Notes: generated by a model not told the origin, from the letters alone. Shown: positions 46,962-58,977, counted from the first letter of the stretch. The stretch: DNA of 64,000 bases from an uncultured bacterium (GCA_963821635.1 CAWGEP010000007.1:47087-111086), one strand, 5' to 3'. A program made the numbers and translations.

Positions 46962-47846
46962 ATGGAATTGCGCATCTCTGATGTAGGGAAGAAGTATCGG
47001 AGCGACTTCTGGGCATTGCGGGACTTCTCCCTTGAATTGAAGCCGGGCGTGCTTGGCCTGCTCGGTCCCAATGGGGCCGGAAAATCCACGCTGATGAGAA
47101 TTCTGGCAACCGTCACAAAACCGACGACCGGAACAATTTCGTGGAACGGCCTTGACTCCGCCAGGGACCCAAATGCGATTCGCCGAATTCTTGGCTATTT
47201 GCCTCAGGATTTTGGGGTCTATCCGAATCTCACGCCCCAGGAGTTTCTGGAATATATCGCGGCGGCCAAGCAAGTGTTCGGCCAACCGGCCAGAGCGCGC
47301 ATCGATGCTCTCTTGCAGCTAGTCAATCTTTCCGAAGCTCGAAAGAGACCGCTGGGGGGATTCTCCGGTGGCATGAAGCAGCGGGTCGGCATTGCCGCTG
47401 CCCTTCTCAACGATCCCCAGCTCTTGATCGTTGATGAACCGACCGCCGGGCTTGATCCTGAGGAACGAGTTCGATTCCGAAATCTGCTTTCGGATCTCTC
47501 AGGAGACCGGATCGTGATTCTTTCGACCCACATCGTCTCAGATGTGGAAGCGGTCGCGACTGAGATTGCCTTGATCAAAGAGGGAAAGTTGCTCGGGCAC
47601 AGTACCCCGGAAGGTTTGCTCGGCGCCCTCGATGGAAAAGTATGGGAGACGATCGTGCCAAGCGAGGCCCTGACTGAGTTCAAGTCGAAGTGGCTGGTCT
47701 CGGGAACTCTGCGCCGATCGGACGGTGTGCGCGTTCGCGTGGTAGCCGACCGGGCCCCGGCTTCCTCTGCCCAGCAAGTTTCAGCCAATTTGGAGGACGC
47801 TTACCTCTACTTCGTGAGTAACAAACAGACTCAGGAAGCGGCATGA
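46962..47846 (+). CDS. ABC-2 type exporter ATP-binding protein
   Basis: GPNGAGKST, GYLPQDFG, FSGGMKQR, DEPTAGLD, STH. Confidence 0.93.
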   Translation: MELRISDVGKKYRSDFWALRDFSLELKPGVLGLLGPNGAGKSTLMRILATVTKPTTGTISWNGLDSARDPNAIRRILGYLPQDFGVYPNLTPQEFLEYIAAAKQVFGQPARARIDALLQLVNLSEARKRPLGGFSGGMKQRVGIAAALLNDPQLLIVDEPTAGLDPEERVRFRNLLSDLSGDRIVILSTHIVSDVEAVATEIALIKEGKLLGHSTPEGLLGALDGKVWETIVPSEALTEFKSKWLVSGTLRRSDGVRVRVVADRAPASSAQQVSANLEDAYLYFVSNKQTQEAA

Positions 47847-49442
47847 ATCTTCTCGCCGCTCTCTACCAGTTCGCCCGGGCCGATTTTCTCGAACGAGTCC
47901 GCCGGTATAGCTTTCTCGTAACTCTGGTCCTGACGCTCATTCTGGCTTGTCTGGCCGTCCCACCAATTAGTGCGAGCTTTACAACCGTGGCGCTCGGCGA
48001 CATTCGAGGCGTCTATAACACCGCCTGGGTCAGCTCGGCCCTGGCCATCATGTCTTCTGCCTTTTTGTCACTTATTGGATTCTATCTAGTAAAGAACGCT
48101 TTGGAACGAGACAAGCGCACGCGGGTCGGACAAATCCTCGCCGGCACACCGACTTCGGCTTTCACCTATCTGCTTGGCAAGACTCTCAGCAATCTGCTTC
48201 TGCTCGCTACGTTGCTGGGTGTTGTAATGGCGACGGTCGTAATCATGCAGCTCATTCGCGCCGAGGACACTAGTATTCAACTTGTCTCCCTGATCGCCCC
48301 ATTTCTGATCCAGACGCTGCCGTTTATGGCGGTCGTTGCGGCGACCGCCGTGCTGTTCGAAGCATTGCCGGTGCTTCGAGGGACCGGCGGAAACGTCATC
48401 TACTTCTTTCTCTGGATTGCTGGTCTCATTCTCTCGATTGATCCTTCCACCGCGCCGCACCAGCCGGTGCGGGCTACCAACGATTTGGCCGGTGTGACCA
48501 CGATCCTGCATGGAATGACGAAGGATGCCCTCGAGGTCTATCCCGATTACAATGGCAACATTTCGATGGGAGTCAACTTCCTCGATAAGGCCCAGAGTAT
48601 GCGCACGTTCGTGTGGAATGGTATCGTGTGGACCTGGCCGATAATTCTTGGCCGCTTCGTTTGGTTAGCTCTTGCCGGCATAATCGTGCTCCTGGCTTCC
48701 GTATTCTTCCGAAGGTTCAACGAACTTCAGCCAAGTCAGAAATCCGCCCGCACGGGGGAGGACCGATCCCCCTCGGGTGAAGTCGCAGTCTTCGGTATCG
48801 TTTACCCCGCATCTGGAACCGCTGCAACGATCCAATCAAAGCCCGTTCCTGGGTATTTTAGTCGGAGAACTTCGTCTCATGTACGGTTCGGCCAATCGCT
48901 TCTGGCTGATTGTCGCCCTAGGTCTGGTTATCGCCGAGATGTTCGCTCCCCTCGAGGTCGGGCGTCGTTTTCTTCTCCCGGCCGCCTGGATCTGGCCGAT
49001 CGCGCTCTGGTCGGTAATGGGATGCCGTGAAAAGTTATCCGGGATGGACCAGTTGGTCTTTTCCTGCCCCGATGTTGTTCGGCGCCAGCTTCCTGCGGTT
49101 TGGATCGCCGGGATCGTGGTTGCGGCAGCGGCCGGCCTCGGGATTGGAATTCGATTTGCGATCGCCGCCGATTGGGGCGGCCTGGCCTCCTGGATCACGG
49201 GGGCTTTCTTCGTACCGTCCTTGGCGTTGATGTTTGGGGTAGTATCCGGTGGGCGGAAGCTGTTCGAGGTGATCTACACGATACTTTGGTATGTCGGGCC
49301 GCTCAATGCCCTGCCGGGTCTCGACTTTGCCGGAGCCACAAGGGAATCTGCCGCACTTCACATGCCGATATACTTTGGCGCGCTGGCGGTTGCTTTCGTC
49401 GTTATCAGCTTGATCTGGCGCGCCCGGCAGGTTCGAACCTGA
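47843..49442 (+). CDS. ABC-2 type permease, split by a +1 frameshift in the linker (~48750-48840)
   Basis: Multi-TM halves in overlapping frames 47843..49030 and 48777..49442; ATGA overlap with the ATPase gene. Confidence 0.75.
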
Positions 49443-49451
49443 GCGAAGCGC

Positions 49452-50616
49452 TTACTTGGCGCGGAGAGCGTTGATGATCTTCAGGCGGGAGGCCCGCACC
49501 GCCGGCAAAAATCCGCCGATCACTCCCATGACTATCGAAAACAGCAGGGCGATGCCGCCGATCAGAGGCGACATTTTAAACGAGAATGCTATTTCAGCAA
49601 AGGTACCCCAGTTCGTGGTCGAGACCTCTACCAGTTGCAGCAGCGCTGCCAATCCGACTCCAATGAGTCCGCCGGCTATCGAGATAATGAGCGCCTCCAG
49701 CAGGAAGGCCGACAACACTTGCCCGCGGCTGAATCCGAGGGCCCGTAGTGTCCCGATTTCCACCGTACGATTGGCCACGGCCGCATACATTGTGATCATG
49801 GCGCCGACAACCGCTCCGGCCGCAAACAGGACTGAGATGAACATCCCCAGGATCGTCACGAAGGCCGAGAACTGCTGTGACTGCAAACGATAATATTCCT
49901 TCTCCGGCAAGACATCGATCGTCAGCCTCGGATCGATTCTTAAGCCTCTCTTCGATACCCTTCATGTCGGTACCGGGCTTCACTTTGAATGTCAGAGACG
50001 AGAAGACTGGCCGCTCGAATGCCGGCATCAGTTGATCGACATCGCCCCACAGTTCGGATTCAAATCCGTTATTACCGGCCTCGAAAATCCCGACCACCGT
50101 CCATTCGCGCTGGCCGAAACGCACCGTCTCCCCAATACCGCACCCCTGAAAGTCGGCCGCTACCTTGCGCCCGGCAATGATTTCCGACGTACCGGGATGC
50201 CACATCCGCCCCTGAACAATTTTTACGTTGGGCCGAATCGCCAGCGACATGTCGCTGACTCCGCGCACAGGCACGTTGCTCGGTTCGTTATTGGAGCGCT
50301 TGAGCAGATTGATGAGAACGAGTACTTCGTTCGTAAAGAGAGGCTTGCCATCGGGCAGACGCTCGATCCCCGGATCCGCCTTGATAATATCCGCCATATC
50401 CCGCCCGACAATCGAAACGATCTCGGTCTGCGCCGCGCGCCGAATTACAATCATGTTATCGTCCGAGCCAGTCGCCACCAGTGTAGTCTGTAGGCCATTC
50501 ACCAGCATCAGGACCGCGGAGAAAACAAACACCACCAGCGCCACACCGAAGACCGTGAGAATCGAGGTGAGTTTGCGGGCAAAGCTGTTCTTGGTCGAGT
50601 AGCTGATAAGCTTCAT
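49452..50616 (-). CDS. MacB/FtsX-family ABC permease, split by a +1 frameshift near 49935
   Basis: N-terminal part RKLTSILTVFG..; C-terminal part RTVEIGTLRALGF..LPAVRASRL; removing one base gives KNDPRLTIDVLPEKEYY. Confidence 0.85.
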
Positions 50617-50627
50617 GGCATTTTGTC

Positions 50628-51788
50628 TCAGTCAATGATTCGAAGGCCGTCGACTATCGAAGTTCGCAGCGCTTTGAGAGTGGGGAAAATGGCCGCCAAA
50701 AAGCCGACTACGAGAGCGGCGGTTCCGGCCCAGAGAAAAGTCGACAATTCAACAGGCACAGAGGGAAAGAAGTTTGAAAGTCCTTTTTTCATGAGCGGCA
50801 GCACAACCGAATAGGCCAGAACCCCGCCTCCTATTCCACCCAACACGGCAATCAGAATCGATTCTCCGAAGATCAGCCCAAAGATATGCACTGCCCGAAA
50901 TCCGAGTGTCTTCATCACGGCATATTCGCTGATCCGCTCGCGAGCAGTCATGGCCATGGTATTCGCCAGTACCAGCAGGATGATCCCTATGACCATGATC
51001 GAGATGATCTTGAGCCCGGCGACAATCGAACTGGCCATGGCGACAAAACTGAGAGCGAACGCCTCCTCGGTCTCGGTTTTGGTTTCAGCCGTCGAATTCT
51101 TGAACAAAGCGTCAATTTGGTCGGAAAGCTGAGCCACTTTCGACGGGTCATCAATTTGCTCGATAAAGGAACCTACAAGCCCGGCCCGCCCGGGTGATTC
51201 GGCCCGCATCCGTTCGTCCAGGTACTGGAAGTGAAAGTAGAAGTTCGATTCGTTGGTGCCTTCTTTAGCCCCCACATAAATTCCCCGGATGACAAAGTCC
51301 CAGTCTCCCGGATAGATCGTCCCGGTCAGCCGGATCGGATCGCCGACTTTCCAGCCAAACCGATCAGCCAGCTTGCGGCCGACCAGGCAGGCGTTTCGCT
51401 CCCGCATAAAGGCATCCTTCTCGTCAGCTGGAATGAGAAATTCGGGATACATATCCAGATAGCTTTTGGCCTCGATAGCGAACTGCGGAAAGAAATTCTT
51501 GGGATCGACATAAATGCCCCCAAACCACTGAGCGTAAGAGACGGCCTTAACCCCCGGTACATCCTGGATTTTTCGCTCATACGCCAGCGGAAGACTGAAC
51601 GTGAGGGAAACGGCGTGAATCGTGACCAACCGATTGGGGGAAGCAGCCCGGGAATTGGAATACCAGGCCTCGATGGCGGTTCGTATCATGATGAACGCCA
51701 TGACCGCTATCGCCATGCCGAGCACGGTTAGGCTGGTGCGCAAAGGATGGCGCCAGGTGTTTTTACGAATGAGCTTGAGGATTCTCAT
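50628..51788 (-). CDS. MacB/FtsX-family ABC permease
   Basis: RHPLRTSLTVLG, NTMAMTARERISEYAVMKTLGF, SIVDGLR. Confidence 0.9.
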   Translation of the reverse strand: MRILKLIRKNTWRHPLRTSLTVLGMAIAVMAFIMIRTAIEAWYSNSRAASPNRLVTIHAVSLTFSLPLAYERKIQDVPGVKAVSYAQWFGGIYVDPKNFFPQFAIEAKSYLDMYPEFLIPADEKDAFMRERNACLVGRKLADRFGWKVGDPIRLTGTIYPGDWDFVIRGIYVGAKEGTNESNFYFHFQYLDERMRAESPGRAGLVGSFIEQIDDPSKVAQLSDQIDALFKNSTAETKTETEEAFALSFVAMASSIVAGLKIISIMVIGIILLVLANTMAMTARERISEYAVMKTLGFRAVHIFGLIFGESILIAVLGGIGGGVLAYSVVLPLMKKGLSNFFPSVPVELSTFLWAGTAALVVGFLAAIFPTLKALRTSIVDGLRIID

Positions 51789-52464
51789 GATTCACCAGCT
51801 CCCCTTTGTCCAGGCGCCGGACCACCCGAGCCTTCTCGGCCGCCCTTGGGTCGTGCGTTACCATCACGATGGTCTTCTTGTACTCGCGGTTCAGGCGGCT
51901 GAGCAAATCCATGATGTCCTCGGCCGACTTCTTGTCGAGGTCCCCGGTCGGTTCATCAGCCAGAATCAGATTGGGATCGGTCACGATAGCCCGGGCAATG
52001 GCCACCCGCTGTTCTTGGCCGCCCGACAGTTGGTTCGGATAATGCTTTATGCGATCCTGAAGTCCGACCACCGAGAGCGCGGTCTCCACCTGCTTCTTGC
52101 GCTCGGATTTGCTCAGGCGTGTCAACAGCAAGGGGAGTTCGACATTCTCAAAGGCGGTGAGGACTGGGATCAAGTTGTAGAATTGAAACACGAAGCCGAT
52201 ATTTTCATGCCGCCACCTGGCCATCGCGCTTTCGCCGAGCTGGGACATATCGGTCCCCGCCACGACAATCCGACCATTACTCACGCGGTCGATGCCGGCC
52301 ACAAGATTGAGGAGGGTGGTCTTGCCGGACCCGGATGGTCCCATCAGCGCCAGAAATTCGCCGTCGGAGATCTCAAAGCTGATGTTATTCAGGACCGGGA
52401 TTTCCAGACTGTCGCGCCAGTATGATTTGAAGACGTTTTGCACCTGTACGAGTGTTTGAGCCAT
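51763..52464 (-). CDS. ABC ATP-binding protein (LolD/MacB-like)
   Basis: [42 protein letters not shown]. Confidence 0.95.
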   Translation of the reverse strand: MAQTLVQVQNVFKSYWRDSLEIPVLNNISFEISDGEFLALMGPSGSGKTTLLNLVAGIDRVSNGRIVVAGTDMSQLGESAMARWRHENIGFVFQFYNLIPVLTAFENVELPLLLTRLSKSERKKQVETALSVVGLQDRIKHYPNQLSGGQEQRVAIARAIVTDPNLILADEPTGDLDKKSAEDIMDLLSRLNREYKKTIVMVTHDPRAAEKARVVRRLDKGELVNHENPQAHS

Positions 52465-52483
52465 CTGAACCTGTATCTGCGAA

Positions 52484-53683
52484 CTAGGAAGTCAATTCTA
52501 CTTTTTGACCGCTGGTCATCATGCCGGGAGGGGAGAGGACAATCTGTTCCCCCTGGGTCAATCCCTGGGTAATCTCAATCATCGTGCCGATCTCCCGTCC
52601 GGTCGTAACCGGCACCGAAACTACAAATTGGCCATCGATTTTGAAAACAACTTTCTGCCCGTCCCGGTTCGTCACAGCGTCTTTGGGAACCGCCAGCATT
52701 TGGGCGGTCGATGATCCGGCTGCCGCCGAATCAAGGAAGAAATTCACGCGCGCCGACATCTCCGGAAGGACCCTGTTGTCGATCCGGGTGAATCCGACTT
52801 TGGTCTGAACCGTGGCCCGCGACCGGTCCGCGGTCGGCACGATCTTCTTCACCACGCCCGGATACCGGACACTCGGATACGCATCGAGGACGATTTCACA
52901 CGGCTGCCCGATCACCACTTTGTTGATATTGGACTCTGAGACATCAGCTTCAACTTCGAGCGACTTCATATCCGCGAGCGTGACGACCGAGCCTTTGGAC
53001 GAAGCTGAAGACGCAAACGGGGCCACGATCTCGCCGACCTCGGCATTCTTCAACAGGATCGTTCCCTTGAACGGTGCCCTGATAAACGTATTCTCTAAAT
53101 TCACTTCAGCGGTCTTGACGCCGGCTGCGGCACCGTTGGCCGAGGCCAGCGCCGTGCGATATGCCGCTTCCGCATCCTCCAATTGTGACTCCGTAATCGC
53201 CCCGGACTTGGATAAACTCTGCATGCGGCGGAAATTTCTTCCGGTGTTCATCGTATCAACCTCAGCCTGGTGCAAGCCCGCGCGGGCCTGATCCAGTCCG
53301 GCCTTAATGTCATCATTGTCCAACACGGCAATGACCTGCCCGGTTTCCACCGTGTCCCCTTCGTCAAAATTCAGCTCTTTGAGTCGACCGGTTCCCTTGG
53401 AGGCGACTTCGGCCTTGCGCTGGGCTACCACGTATCCGGTCGCCACCAGGTTGGCCGCCGCGTCAGAACCGGTGATCATGGTAACCGTGGCGACCTTGAC
53501 TTTGGTGGCCGGGGTAATCGATTTCCGGAGCAAAAAATAGCCGACCACAAAAACCGCGATGACGACGGCTCCAATGACTATCGACCACCCTTTTCCACGC
53601 GGGCGGTCATCGTACTTCTTGCTCTTGTCGATTCGGAGCCCTGAAAGATCAGGGCGAGGACTATCGGGTGATTCCATTTCCAT
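52484..53683 (-). CDS. Membrane fusion protein (MacA/HlyD family periplasmic adaptor)
   Basis: N-terminal TM, ATGYVVAQRKAEV, IRAPFKG, LEVEADVSE, VLPEMSARV. Confidence 0.9.
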   Translation of the reverse strand: MEMESPDSPRPDLSGLRIDKSKKYDDRPRGKGWSIVIGAVVIAVFVVGYFLLRKSITPATKVKVATVTMITGSDAAANLVATGYVVAQRKAEVASKGTGRLKELNFDEGDTVETGQVIAVLDNDDIKAGLDQARAGLHQAEVDTMNTGRNFRRMQSLSKSGAITESQLEDAEAAYRTALASANGAAAGVKTAEVNLENTFIRAPFKGTILLKNAEVGEIVAPFASSASSKGSVVTLADMKSLEVEADVSESNINKVVIGQPCEIVLDAYPSVRYPGVVKKIVPTADRSRATVQTKVGFTRIDNRVLPEMSARVNFFLDSAAAGSSTAQMLAVPKDAVTNRDGQKVVFKIDGQFVVSVPVTTGREIGTMIEITQGLTQGEQIVLSPPGMMTSGQKVELTS

Positions 53684-53804
53684 TCCTAAACCGTGCTTGA
53701 ACGCGGCCTAATATAAACAGAAATAGCGGCCGACAGGATCAAAATTGCGCCGATTTGACGGGTGTTTTGCGACAGATCGCGGCTGAGGGAAAGCCGATGT
53801 ACGG

Positions 53805-54116
53805 CTACCAGATGCCCAGCAGGTCCTTGGCGTAGTCCGAACACATTTCCTTCGGATCCCAAGGCGGATCCCATACCAGATGCACTTCGACTTTGGTCAC
53901 CCCCTCCAGCTGCTCAACCTCGCGATGGACCATGGAAAGCAGCATTTCTCCGTAGGGACAGGCCGGGGTCGTCATGGTCATCTTGACTTTGACCACACCA
54001 TCTTCCGCGACTTCCACGTCGTAGATCAGCCCAAGATCTACCACGCCGATCCGGATTTCCGGATCCTGAACCGGCTTGATCGCGTCAATAATTTGTTCTT
54101 TGGAAGGTACCGGCAT
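53805..54116 (-). CDS. sufT: Fe-S cluster assembly factor SufT (DUF59/PaaD-like)
   Basis: VQDPEIRIGVVDLGLIYDV, MTMTTPACP, VWDPPW. Confidence 0.88.
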   Translation of the reverse strand: MPVPSKEQIIDAIKPVQDPEIRIGVVDLGLIYDVEVAEDGVVKVKMTMTTPACPYGEMLLSMVHREVEQLEGVTKVEVHLVWDPPWDPKEMCSDYAKDLLGIW

Positions 54117-54126
54117 GACCTCAGAC

Positions 54127-54612
54127 CTAGTCGGACTCTTCATCCTCGGTAGAGATTGAGCGGGCGGGGTGGGAATTCCCCTTTTCGTAATTCTTCAACC
54201 CCTCCACCAGAGTCACCCATGCCAGCAAGGCACACTTGACCCGCACTGGAAATTGCCGGACTCCCTTGAGCGCATCAAGGTCGCCGAGGTCCTCGGGGAC
54301 TTCGCCGGCCTCCCCTTTAAGCATCCTCTTGACCACTTCCGCGATCCGCTTGACCTCTTCGAAGGATTTCCCTTTGACTGCTTCGGCCAGCATGGAGCCG
54401 GATGCCGTCGAAATGGCACAGCCGTGGCAGTTGACATGCACGTCTTTAAGCACGCCGTGGTCCATCTGGACCTCCATCGAGATCTCATCCCCGCAGGCCG
54501 GGTTGTGACCCGATGAAGTAATATCCGCCTGGGCGACATGTTTCTTGCCGCGCGGGGACCGATAGTGATCCAGAATGATCTCGCGATACATGTCATCAAG
54601 AGAGTGGCTCAT
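54127..54612 (-). CDS. sufU: SUF system NifU-family sulfur acceptor
   Basis: YREIILDHYRSPRG, NPACGD, GCAISTASGS, FPVRVKCALLAW. Confidence 0.93.
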   Translation of the reverse strand: MSHSLDDMYREIILDHYRSPRGKKHVAQADITSSGHNPACGDEISMEVQMDHGVLKDVHVNCHGCAISTASGSMLAEAVKGKSFEEVKRIAEVVKRMLKGEAGEVPEDLGDLDALKGVRQFPVRVKCALLAWVTLVEGLKNYEKGNSHPARSISTEDEESD

Positions 54613-55883
54613 ACACCGAAGTACTTTCTCATTTCAATAAGCGCGTCGCACAGAGCGTCGATATCCCGCTCGTCGTTATAAATGTACATCGAAGCCCTTG
54701 CGGTGGCAACCTTTCTCAGCGACTTCATCAGCGGCTGTGCGCAGTGGTGGCCGGCGCGAATCGCGATGCCGCGGGAATCGAGAAAGGTGCTGATATCGTG
54801 CGGATGGATGTCCGGATCGGTAAACGAGACGGCTCCGCCGCGCGTGGTCGTTTCCAGCGGCCCCTGAATCTCAATTCCCCTTATTTCCGACAATTTGTCG
54901 ATCGCGTACTTAGTAATACTCGCCTCGTGCTCGCGAATGTTCCCCATGCCGATAAGTTCGAGATAGGAGAGTGCTGCGTCAAAGGCAATTACGTCGGCAA
55001 TATTCGGCGTTCCGGCCTCGAATTTCCAGGGCAAGTCGTTGAAAGTGATGCGATCGAAGCCGACTTCCCGGATCATCTCACCCCCATAATTGAAGGGAGG
55101 CATCTTCTCGAGAATGCTCCGCCGTCCGTACAACAAGCCGACCCCGGTGGGGCCGAGCATCTTGTGAGCCGAGAAAGCATAGAAATCGACACCGAGCGCC
55201 TTCACATCAACCGGCATGTGGGGCACCGCCTGCGCTCCGTCCGCCAATACTACGGCGCCCACCGCTTTGGCTTTGGCGGCCAATTCTGCCACGTTGTTGA
55301 TCGTGCCGAGGACATTGGACACGTGGCTGATCGCCAGAATTTTCGTCCTCGGGGTGATAATCGTGTCGATGTCGCTCAAGTCGAGATGGCCGCAGACCGT
55401 GATCGGGAAACGTTTGATGACCGCCCCTTTTCGCTGCGCCAATACCACCCACGGGACGAAATTGGCGTGGTGCTCCATCTCGGAGATGACGATTTCATCG
55501 CCGGCCTTGATATTTTCCTCTCCCCATGTATATGCCACGAGATTGATCGATTCGGTTGCCCCTTTAGTGAAGATGACTTCTTCGGTCATAACGTTGCCGA
55601 TGAAGCGGGCGACATGGGCCCGGGTCCGCTCAAACGCTTCCGTTGACCGCTCCGCCAGGGTGTGCAGCCCGCGATGAATATTGGCGTTGTTCTTGCGATA
55701 GAAGTCGATCAGAGCGTTGATGACAACGCGGGGCTTCTGGGTGGTGGCGGCGTTGTCGAGGTACACCAGCCGATGGCCGTTGATTTTTTCATCAAGTATC
55801 GGAAAGTCGGCTCTTATCTTCTCGATATCAAGCGGGCTCAAAGCTCTCGGGGCCTCCGCCGCTCTCGGTTGTGTATCAGCCAT
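54609..55883 (-). CDS. sufS: Cysteine desulfurase (group II)
   Basis: YLDNAATTQKP, FSAHKMLGPTG, RAGHHCAQP. Confidence 0.95.
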   Translation of the reverse strand: MADTQPRAAEAPRALSPLDIEKIRADFPILDEKINGHRLVYLDNAATTQKPRVVINALIDFYRKNNANIHRGLHTLAERSTEAFERTRAHVARFIGNVMTEEVIFTKGATESINLVAYTWGEENIKAGDEIVISEMEHHANFVPWVVLAQRKGAVIKRFPITVCGHLDLSDIDTIITPRTKILAISHVSNVLGTINNVAELAAKAKAVGAVVLADGAQAVPHMPVDVKALGVDFYAFSAHKMLGPTGVGLLYGRRSILEKMPPFNYGGEMIREVGFDRITFNDLPWKFEAGTPNIADVIAFDAALSYLELIGMGNIREHEASITKYAIDKLSEIRGIEIQGPLETTTRGGAVSFTDPDIHPHDISTFLDSRGIAIRAGHHCAQPLMKSLRKVATARASMYIYNDERDIDALCDALIEMRKYFGV

Positions 55884-55912
55884 TGTTCTTTCCTTCCATG
55901 ACGCACTGCCTC

Positions 55913-56224
55913 TCAGTCAAGGTACACAAAAATCTCGTCCCCCTCAATCTTGACTTCATAGGTGTCCAGTGGAACTATGGCCGGCGGGGCAGTAACTGCG
56001 CCGGTTTTAAGATCAAAACGGGCTCCATGTCGGATGCACATGATATCGCCACCTCGAATTCTTCCGTTGGCTATCGGCTCGGAGTCATGCGTGCATTCAT
56101 TGGCCAACGCATATATGCCTTCCGCCGAATGGGCAATCACGAGGTTCACGTGGTCGATTTCATACGCCCTAAGCTTGCCTTCCGGAATATCACTCACTGC
56201 TGCCACCCGGACAAATTTCCCCAT
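55913..56224 (-). CDS. Rieske [2Fe-2S] ferredoxin
   Basis: CTH...CIRH ligands, GARFDLKTG. Confidence 0.9.
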   Translation of the reverse strand: MGKFVRVAAVSDIPEGKLRAYEIDHVNLVIAHSAEGIYALANECTHDSEPIANGRIRGGDIMCIRHGARFDLKTGAVTAPPAIVPLDTYEVKIEGDEIFVYLD

Positions 56225-56227
56225 CAG

Positions 56228-57544
56228 CTATATCTTCTCCAACCGTTGCTCGACAAAACTGGTGATCCGGTCTCTCAAATCCGCAGGCACGAGGCGAAGC
56301 GTCGGCGCTACGAATCCGGCCACAATCATGCGAGTCGCTTCGTCATCCGGTATTCCCCGGCTTTTCAAATAGAACAGGCTCATGGGGTCAATCGGGCCGA
56401 CGGTGGCGCCATGCGTGCACATGACTTCTTCATTTAGGATCTCGAGCTCGGGAATGGATTCCGCCCGGGCTCCCGGATTCAAGAGGAGATTTCGGTTTTC
56501 CTGGTAAGCTTCGCATACTTGGGCATCGTGGTCGATCCGGATCAGGCCCGTGTACGCCGAAGTGGTTTTGTCTTTCAGAACCACTTTGAAGTCAATATTG
56601 GACCTGGTGCGCCCGGCGGCATGGTGATGCAGCGTATGATTGTCGAATTGCTGATAGTCGGTGCCGAAAAGCATTCCGTACATTTTGCTTTCGGCGCCGT
56701 CGCCGTTCAGGATCACTCCGAAACTCTGTTTGCTCAAAGCACCGCCGAAGACCAGCGCAATCGTCAGCATACTGGCATTTTGCTCGATCCTGGCGCGGTG
56801 AGTCAAGTATGAATTCATGGCCGAGGCTTGCCGCTGGAGGGACACGTATCTTACCCGGCTGTCCTGGAGTCCGAAAATTTCTATCGCACCGTTGGAGTAG
56901 GAAGTTCCCTTATCAGGGCTGATAGACCCGCCGCCGTATTCATCGATCAGCGTTACTTCGGCGTTCCTGCCGACCACCACGAGCAAACGGGGGAAAGTCA
57001 CCGAGCCGGCGAGTCCGGCTTCGCGCAATAAATGAATCGGGCGGTCAATCGTCCGGTTGTCCGGAACGTAGACGAAGATTCCGTCATTCCATAACGCTCC
57101 GTTCATTGCCTCAAATTTGCCGGTCTTGTTATTGACCAGCTGATACAAGTACTGCTCAACCAGCGAGCGATGTTTCTCCACCGCCTCCGACAGAGGCGCC
57201 ACCACTACTCCCTGCTTGGTCAGGGTTTCCAGACCGGCAGTCTTGATCTCTCGTCCGCCAAGATCGCTGATGAGAGCGGCTAGTTTGCCTTCGCGAAGGT
57301 GCGCCATTTCGATCCGCTCGACGGCATCATAGTTGTCGCCGAAGGCGGTATCGGACACGATTGAGCGTTCGAACAAAAACTTGGCCGGATCGGTATATCG
57401 CCAGAAGTGCAGCCCGCGTTCCGGAATGGGCGTGCTGTTGAATTGAATCCGCGCGTCGCGTCGCTTGTCCTTGAGCCACTTCGGGCCCCGTTCCAGTTCC
57501 GGCGCCATCTCGGGGATCGTGAAGTCAGTCTTTCCGGCCATCAA
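56228..57544 (-). CDS. sufD: Fe-S cluster assembly protein SufD
   Basis: [41 protein letters not shown]. Confidence 0.92.
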   Translation of the reverse strand: MMAGKTDFTIPEMAPELERGPKWLKDKRRDARIQFNSTPIPERGLHFWRYTDPAKFLFERSIVSDTAFGDNYDAVERIEMAHLREGKLAALISDLGGREIKTAGLETLTKQGVVVAPLSEAVEKHRSLVEQYLYQLVNNKTGKFEAMNGALWNDGIFVYVPDNRTIDRPIHLLREAGLAGSVTFPRLLVVVGRNAEVTLIDEYGGGSISPDKGTSYSNGAIEIFGLQDSRVRYVSLQRQASAMNSYLTHRARIEQNASMLTIALVFGGALSKQSFGVILNGDGAESKMYGMLFGTDYQQFDNHTLHHHAAGRTRSNIDFKVVLKDKTTSAYTGLIRIDHDAQVCEAYQENRNLLLNPGARAESIPELEILNEEVMCTHGATVGPIDPMSLFYLKSRGIPDDEATRMIVAGFVAPTLRLVPADLRDRITSFVEQRLEKI

Positions 57545-58975
57545 CCCACCGATCCTTCCATCTCAAGCTGAATCAGACGGTTCAATTCGACCGCATATTC
57601 CAACGGGAGTTCTTTCGTGAATGGCTCCATAAAGCCATTGACGATCAAGAGCCGCGCCGCGTCTTCGGTCAATCCCCGGCTGGTAAGGTAGAAGAGCTGC
57701 TCTTCGGCCACTTTGGAAACCCTGGCCTCATGCTCCACGCTGACCCGGTCGGCATCTATCTCCATGGTCGGATAGGTGTCGCTGCGGGCATCTTTGCCGA
57801 TTAGGAGAGCGTCGCACTCCACCGAGACTTTCGAATTTATGGCGTTCTTGTAGACCTTGGCTAATCCTCGGTACGATGCCCGGCCGTTGTCCTTGGAAAT
57901 CGATTTCGAGGTTATCCGGGAGGAGGTGTTCGGTGCGGCATGGATCACCTTGGCTCCGGCATCCTGGTGTTGATCGACACCGGCAAAGGCGACTGACAGG
58001 ATTTCACCCCGGGCACCCTCGCCCACCAATTGCACACACGGGTATTTCATCGTCAAGCGCGAACCCAGATTGCCGTCTACCCACTCCACTGTGGCTTTCT
58101 TGTAGGCCGTGGCCCGTTTGGTCACCAGATTGTAAATATTGCGCGACCAGTTCTGGATGGTGGTGTAACGGACATAAGATCCTTCAAGAGCGATCAATTC
58201 CACGACCGCCGAGTGAAGCGAGTCGGTCGAATAGATTGGGGCCGTGCACCCTTCGATGTAGTGGACCCGCGAACCCTCGTCGGCGATAATCAGCGTCCGC
58301 TCAAATTGCCCCATATTCTCGGCGTTGATTCGGAAATAGGCCTGCAGCGGGACTTTTACATCCACGCCCTTAGGCACATAAATGAATGACCCGCCGGACC
58401 AGACCGCCGTGTTAAGTGCGGCGAATTTGTTGTCGGTCGATGGAATCACCGACCCGAAGTACTTCTTGACGATCTCCGGAAATTCGCGAAGTCCGCTGTC
58501 CATATCCAGGAAAATGATCCCCTGCTTCTTGAGCTCTTCCTTCATGGAGTGATATACAACTTCGGACTCGTACTGGGCCGAAACGCCTCCCAGAAACGAT
58601 TTCTCGGCTTCCGGAATCCCTGAGACGGTCAAAGGTCTTGCGGATATATTCCGGAACATCATCCCAGCTTTTCTGCTGGTTCTCAATCGGCTTCATGAAA
58701 TAATAGATGTTCTCGAAATCTATCTCATTCAGAAGCTTGGTATCGCCCCACTGGGGCATCGGTTTCGCATAGAAGATGTCGAGCGCCTCATGGCGGATAT
58801 CCGACATCCATTTCGGTTCCTTCTTCATCTGCGAGATCATCTCGACGACTTCGTGATTGACCCCGCGCGCCCCTTTATGAAAATAATCGACCGGATCTCT
58901 GAACCCGTATTTGGTTGCGTAATCGCTGTTCAGGGTCGAGAGGTCGTCCTTTTGCTGCTGAAGCGAGTCGGACAT
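57541..58975 (-). CDS. sufB: Fe-S cluster assembly protein SufB, split by a +1 frameshift at ~58621
   Basis: [17 protein letters not shown] / [54 protein letters not shown]. Confidence 0.93.
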
Positions 58976-58977
58976 GG

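Noticed and set aside
57541..58975. Intein in SufB
   Set aside because: The repaired length of about 477 aa is normal; the break is a single-base indel
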